Positions 60,801-64,000 of a stretch of DNA of 64,000 bases are shown here, piece after piece; the first letter of the stretch is position 1, and each line of letters begins with the position of its first letter. This DNA comes from Lama glama (Eukaryota): assembly GCA_028534125.1 (NCBI GenBank), contig CM052822.1, positions 77,996,001 through 78,060,000 of the forward strand, written 5' to 3'. Under the pieces are notes generated by a model. That model was not told the DNA's origin. It worked only from the letters and a program-made list of their open reading frames with translations, and searched no databases. The position numbers and the translations under genes were made by a program.

Positions 60801-63800
60801 CGCTCAGATCTGGATTATGCAAACTGTCAATAACACGTCATTTGATGAACAGCCCTCAGTCTCAAAAAACTTATAAAATTGTGCCTTGATTTCTAACCAG
60901 TGGAGCTAATTAAAGCAGATGGAGAGAAACTATAGGGTCTCTTCCTTCGAAACTTTTTTGAGGACTAAGTGTTTAGTAAACAAAGCTCTTTCGAAGCCCC
61001 GCTGAGACCTGATTACAGGGAAGCTGAGCCACCGGGGAGACGCCCAGGCCACTGTCTCTACAAAGCGCGGTCCCTCCAGGCTGGAAGCGTCTTCCGCCCT
61101 CCCCGCGTCTCTTGTGAGGCACCCGTTTCCGGCTGGTGTCATCCTCGTCTTGCTTGCATGCCTTTCTTCTTCACACTGTCGCCTCCTTGAAGCGCTTCTG
61201 GTTGCTGATTCTGCCCCCGAAGGCATCCAGCACAGGGATTTATTCTAACTGATGCTTCATTGAAAACAATACATATTTTCACAAGGCAGCATTTGAATAT
61301 TCCTGTAGAAAGAGAACTCAGAGAAAACGCTATCAAAGGCTTGCCTGGCAGAGGGCCTCCCAGGACCTGCTTAATGTACAGAAACGTGCTTTTTTTTTTC
61401 TTTTTTTTTTCGACGCCCATGGACTCTCGGCATGCACGCTGTCACTGCCACTGCGTGGAGTGGAGACAGTCTTCCCCAGACCCCATGCGTCCCCCCACCA
61501 TCTTGACCACACAACTCATTTCCTTTGCAATTTCTTTTCACAGGTTGAACAGACATCGCCTTAATCCCGGCAATGGGGACGCTGACGAATATTGAAACTG
61601 GGAGTCAATCACAGAGGTCTAAGAACACTTGCGTTAGAGGTCCGTCAGCTGTAACCACGTGGTCTGGAGTGGGCGAAAGAAGAACAAGCAGGGGCGTCTG
61701 CAACCCCGCGGGCAGGCAGACCCCCGAGTGCCCCGCCCCGCCCGTGTCGTCCAGCCCTTCCAGCACCCGGGTGTGTTTCAGCCACGCAGTCACAAGCTTG
61801 TGTCAAACCGTGGATAGCTGGGACGGAGATCTGACTGGATGCAGAAGAGGCTATGAAGTCTTTGTTGTGACTTGCAAGCACGACTCGGGACACACCCACC
61901 TGACTTGTTTCCCAGTAACCCTATCGGTGTGGGCTTCCGTGAAGAGGTAGAACCAGGGGGTGCAGGTGGCAGAGCTGATAGGAAATGTGGACGCGCAGGA
62001 GGGCGGGCGGGGAGGGAGACACCCTGCAGCTGTTGAGATTGGACCCAGGCCCCCGCCAGCCACGCAGCCACAATCCGATATTTGATAAACAGGAGCAGAC
62101 ACCTCTGGAATTTTTTTCCACTGTCGGTATTTTTGCTCAGGAGGGAAATAACCTGCCATTTCACTAGAATCAAGAGATCTTTTGCAAAGAGAGTGGCCAG
62201 CTTACTTCTCGAGCAGAGTCCACATGGCTGGTGTGACCACCAGCTGTGACATTTCCACGGTGGGACCACGTGCTCACAAACGAGGTGCGTTTTTTATCCG
62301 AACTTTGTGCAGTTCCAAGGGAGGTATCTGACCGTACGAGAAATCACCTGGGTCGAGGGAGCGCTGTCACTTAGAACCACGTACAGTCCCCTGGTCTGTG
62401 TTCACATTTCACATTAAATGTGCTGGTTGACGTCCCAGACTGAAATGCCCCTCAGGCTGCCGTTTTTTTTCCCTTTTCAAAATCAAGACCCGATGCATTT
62501 ACATCAGGTCCGCTCGTGAGGCAAGAGGAGGAGGAAGAGGAGGAAGAAAGAGGAAGAAAGAGAAAGACAGGACAGACTAGGGAGCCAACATCACACATCA
62601 ATGCAGGATGTTTTCAGCTGAGAGCCACAAAAATTGGTTAAAAAAGAAACTCAAGGGACGTGTTTTTCACCCAAACCTAAGCTGATGTTCTGACACATGT
62701 GTGGCGGGAGGACACGCACACTTCCTGCTGCGGGGCCACCAAGCAGCGCCATGCTCACCCCTGCAAGATCCTGGCCTTCAATCCCCAAATTTAGATAAGA
62801 TGGTCTGACCAAAGTTTGGGAATTCATGTATAGAAAATCCAGCAAGACTGCTAAATCCTTCTGGTCAAAGGACTTCTGAGCTCACGGAAATGAAAAGTCA
62901 GGTTTTCCAAAGAAATGAGCTGTCTTCAACTCTTATCATCCCTTTAATTAAATCAAACAATGTGCTTTAAAATCACCCCACCAATCCGCTGCTGAAGGAA
63001 ATCTCTCCTACAGCCTCTCAGTCCAGAGCCGCAAAGTCTGCAGATCCTGCTCCACCACCCCTGCCCAGAGCTGTCCAGGACCAACAGCCGGGCGTGACTC
63101 ACCCGAGAGTCACAGAGGCGCGGGGACGGCCTCCCCTCTCAGCCCAGCCTCTGAGGATAACCGGAGATCACGGGCCCTGACAGGATGTGGTCTCACAGGC
63201 AGGAGGGCGCCCTGCACACAGGGGGCCCGGGGGCGCAGCATGGCTGGGCGGGGTCCACCCCTGGGTGCTCAGGCTCACTACCCGGGGCTTGGATGACGCC
63301 GGCCGTAGAGCGGTCATCTGTTGGCTGCCCCGCCCGGAGGTGGACACGGGCCGCCACCTTCGGCTCCCCATTGGCCGGGCCCAGCATGCAGGGGCAGCGG
63401 GCAGCGTCGCCCCCCCACCCGAGGCCTCCGGCACCGTGGCACCGGGCACGGCTCGCTCCTGTGCCTCTCGGTTGCCCTTCTGCTTCTGTCCCCGCCCCCG
63501 GGGCAGCGGGTCCCTGGAAGGGAAACCCTCACATTCTTTGTGTCTCCCACAGCACCTGGCTGGGCGTTTTTCTTGACCACCCTAAGGACAATGACTGATG
63601 GCGATACGGAGTGACCCCTTTACCTAAATCAAGCCCACTGCTCTCAGAAGAGAGAAAGCGCACCCACCCTCCCCCGTGGACGTCCCAGCGGAACACACTT
63701 GCAGGAGGCAGGAAGCTGAGTCTCCAGGTGAACTTCTCTCCTCGGAAGGACAGCAGTCATAGTGATGAGCGCCAACGCGACCTGGGCGCCACTGAGCTGC

Positions 63801-64000
63801 CGACCGGTCACCTGAGTTGAGGCTTCAGTGACGGAGACACGAGGATGCTACCCGTGGGGAAGTTCTTAGTGCTGCTGGCTCAGTCAAAAACATGGAAGGA
63901 GGGACAGACAGCGGACTCCCTCACAGACAGGGCTCCTTGAACAAGTGGGGCCGGAGGAGCCCCACGGCAGGTGGCTGACGCCTGCCCGAGATGGCACGGG

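Larger units (their letters stand above)
32660..64000 (-). other. PTPRN2: PTPRN2 gene, 3' portion (last six exons, approximately human exons 18-23); gene continues beyond the right edge of the window
   Basis: Five collinear minus-strand exons with proper splice sites. Residues fit PTPRN2 rather than its paralogue PTPRN ([49 protein letters not shown]). The left boundary is inferred from poly(A) signals. Confidence 0.96.

Noticed and set aside
57870-64000. Next upstream PTPRN2 exon (..YIATQGPLPATVADFWQ)
   Set aside because: Not found in any minus-strand frame; it presumably lies beyond the window edge.
1-64000. CRISPR array, operon, prophage or other prokaryotic-type novel system
   Set aside because: No regularly spaced repeats or gene-dense coding. 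The window is a spliced mammalian locus with typical interspersed repeats.

Overview
Mammalian genomic DNA, very GC- and CpG-rich. Two tRNA-derived SINEs resemble the camelid Vic-1-type family as I recall it, so this is probably camel, alpaca or llama. The right half (about 32.66 kb to the window end, minus strand) holds the 3' end of PTPRN2 (phogrin/IA-2beta). Five coding exons of the PTP-like domain are readable with exact splice sites: 57750-57869, 56541-56707, 51575-51628, 41363-41436 and 34382-34453, followed by a 3' UTR of about 1.7 kb. One obligatory exon (DGAGRS..., second half of the P-loop) and the intronic miR-153-2 hairpin were not found in the called bases. Each is expected near one of the two N-gaps (49263-49762 and 54393-54524). 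The left half is intergenic: decayed L1/L2/MIR/MaLR/DNA-transposon remnants and several AT-rich, homeodomain-motif-dense islands that look like enhancers. The most notable observations are a GC-AG intron splitting the catalytic motif next to an exon with unusually low GC3, a template-switch-like inverted duplication inside an old L1, and strong but patchy AT-to-GC drift in old repeats. I see no prokaryotic-type system, CRISPR array or new protein-coding gene; the hundreds of long ORFs in the track are best explained by high GC content. Comparisons to human sequences and repeat consensi are from memory and need alignment to confirm.
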